DNA from: Amphiscolops sp. MND2022
Lineage: Eukaryota
Direction of reading: 5' to 3'
NCBI GenBank assembly: GCA_964187785.1
Contig: OZ076421.1
Location: forward strand, 54,064,001 to 54,128,000
DNA length: 64,000 nucleotides
The position numbers and the translations under genes are program-made. Below are positions 62,964 through 64,000 of the stretch, in pieces (the first letter of the stretch is position 1; each line of letters starts with the position of its first letter). Below the pieces are notes generated by a model. It ran no database searches, was not told the DNA's origin, and saw only the letters and a list, made by a program, of their open reading frames with translations.

Positions 62964-64000
62964 ATGGCAGAGATGTCCACCCAAGGTCAAGAATTCAAGG
63001 AGCCAACACAAGGTTTGTTCTTTTGACTAGATTCTAACATTTTTAATGAAGAAACTATTCAAGTGTTTCGTTTTCATTCACTTATTTCAAGAAAAGTTTT
63101 TATTCTCCTTCTGAAGCAATGAACGGTTTCGTTGTATTTCATCATTGAATCACAGGTCCATTTTCGGATTTTCTGTCATAGCTGATGAACAAATTTTTCT
63201 GAGCTCATTTGAATTTGAAGTGAAAGTTGATCAGGCTTTCACTTTTAATCAGACAACTTCCGTTTCTGACAGATTCAATTTCCTGTATTTCTGACTTTGT
63301 TTCCGTGTTTCAGCTCCTCTCATTCCTCGTGAATCGGGCGAAAATCCACCTGTTGTCCACAATTTAACTGAACTCGTTCCATTCATTGAGCCTCAAAGTC
63401 AATCCACTCCAGAGCACATTTTGCAAGTTTTTGAAGAATCTGACCAAGCCGTTGATATCGATGGTATCAAGCATTCTTTCAATCGGAGCATGGAAACTGT
63501 TGTCAACGTGTCTGCACTATTGGGCTCCTCTGGTCTCACTGCCCCTCAGGACAATTCTGTTTCTCGATTGCTCAGTGAGTCTGAAAATGAGCAAGATGTT
63601 GCTCAAGGCACCAACCAACCGCTCGCTGAAGAGTATGGGCACTCTGATCCAAATCCCAGGGGTAATTCTTTACCGGATACAGCAGCTGAGAGAGCTTGCA
63701 CATCTCCATTTTCCAAATTTCTTGAGGAAACCCAAGGTAATTTGGCTCATGACCAAACAGGGGAAAGGACTTTGGTCCAATCTACACCACTTGAGACTTC
63801 ACTTCCGACTACTATTAATTACGCCACCAGCACTGATCTACTTGCTCTTGAGCAAAAATTGGACGTTTTAGTTGCTGAAGCTACTACCACCATCAGTTCA
63901 CGATTGTTGGCTCACATTGCCAATCCAACCGCTGTCCCTGACGGAGCTGCCCCAACTCCTGAAGCTAACTCACCTGAAGGTGGTTTACCAAACTTAGTAG
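62964..64000 (+). pseudogene. Unknown acidic/Ser-Pro-rich ORF, open from 63295 to the window end
   Basis: ATG at 62964 with early stops. Frame 1 has no stop from 63295 to 64000 (ELVPFIEPQSQ..LALEQKLDVLVAE..); it is absent from the ORF track, probably because it has no stop in the window. Confidence 0.5.

Overview
This is repeat-saturated, AT-rich eukaryotic (animal-like) DNA. It is almost entirely nested, decayed LTR retrotransposons plus fragments of an intron-containing NRF-6/OACYL-type (acyltransferase-3) gene. A 200-N scaffold gap lies at 31285-31484. I distinguish three Ty3/Gypsy families (labels are mine): A (1-3.9 kb minus; 32.9-37.9 kb plus), C (11.5-15.7 kb plus; 24.6-31 kb minus; several LTRs) and B. 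There is also a BEL/Pao-like 5' fragment. The main discovery is an ~18.2 kb family-B element (~39.8-58.0 kb, minus strand). It has two LTRs, a PBS, gag-PR-RT-RH-IN, then a decayed class III fusion glycoprotein (herpes gB / chuvirus G-like) env, further unknown ORFs, and a hairpin-array leader. This makes it an endogenous retrovirus-like element. Other notable items: a decayed TARG1/Poa1p-like macrodomain in the 3' region of another LTR element, family-C LTRs that encode protein and form an ATG at the LTR/PBS junction, and two splice-compatible NRF-6 exon blocks on opposite strands either side of the gap. All family assignments come from motif recognition by eye, with no database search. Almost all element ORFs carry stops or frameshifts, and most boundaries are approximate.
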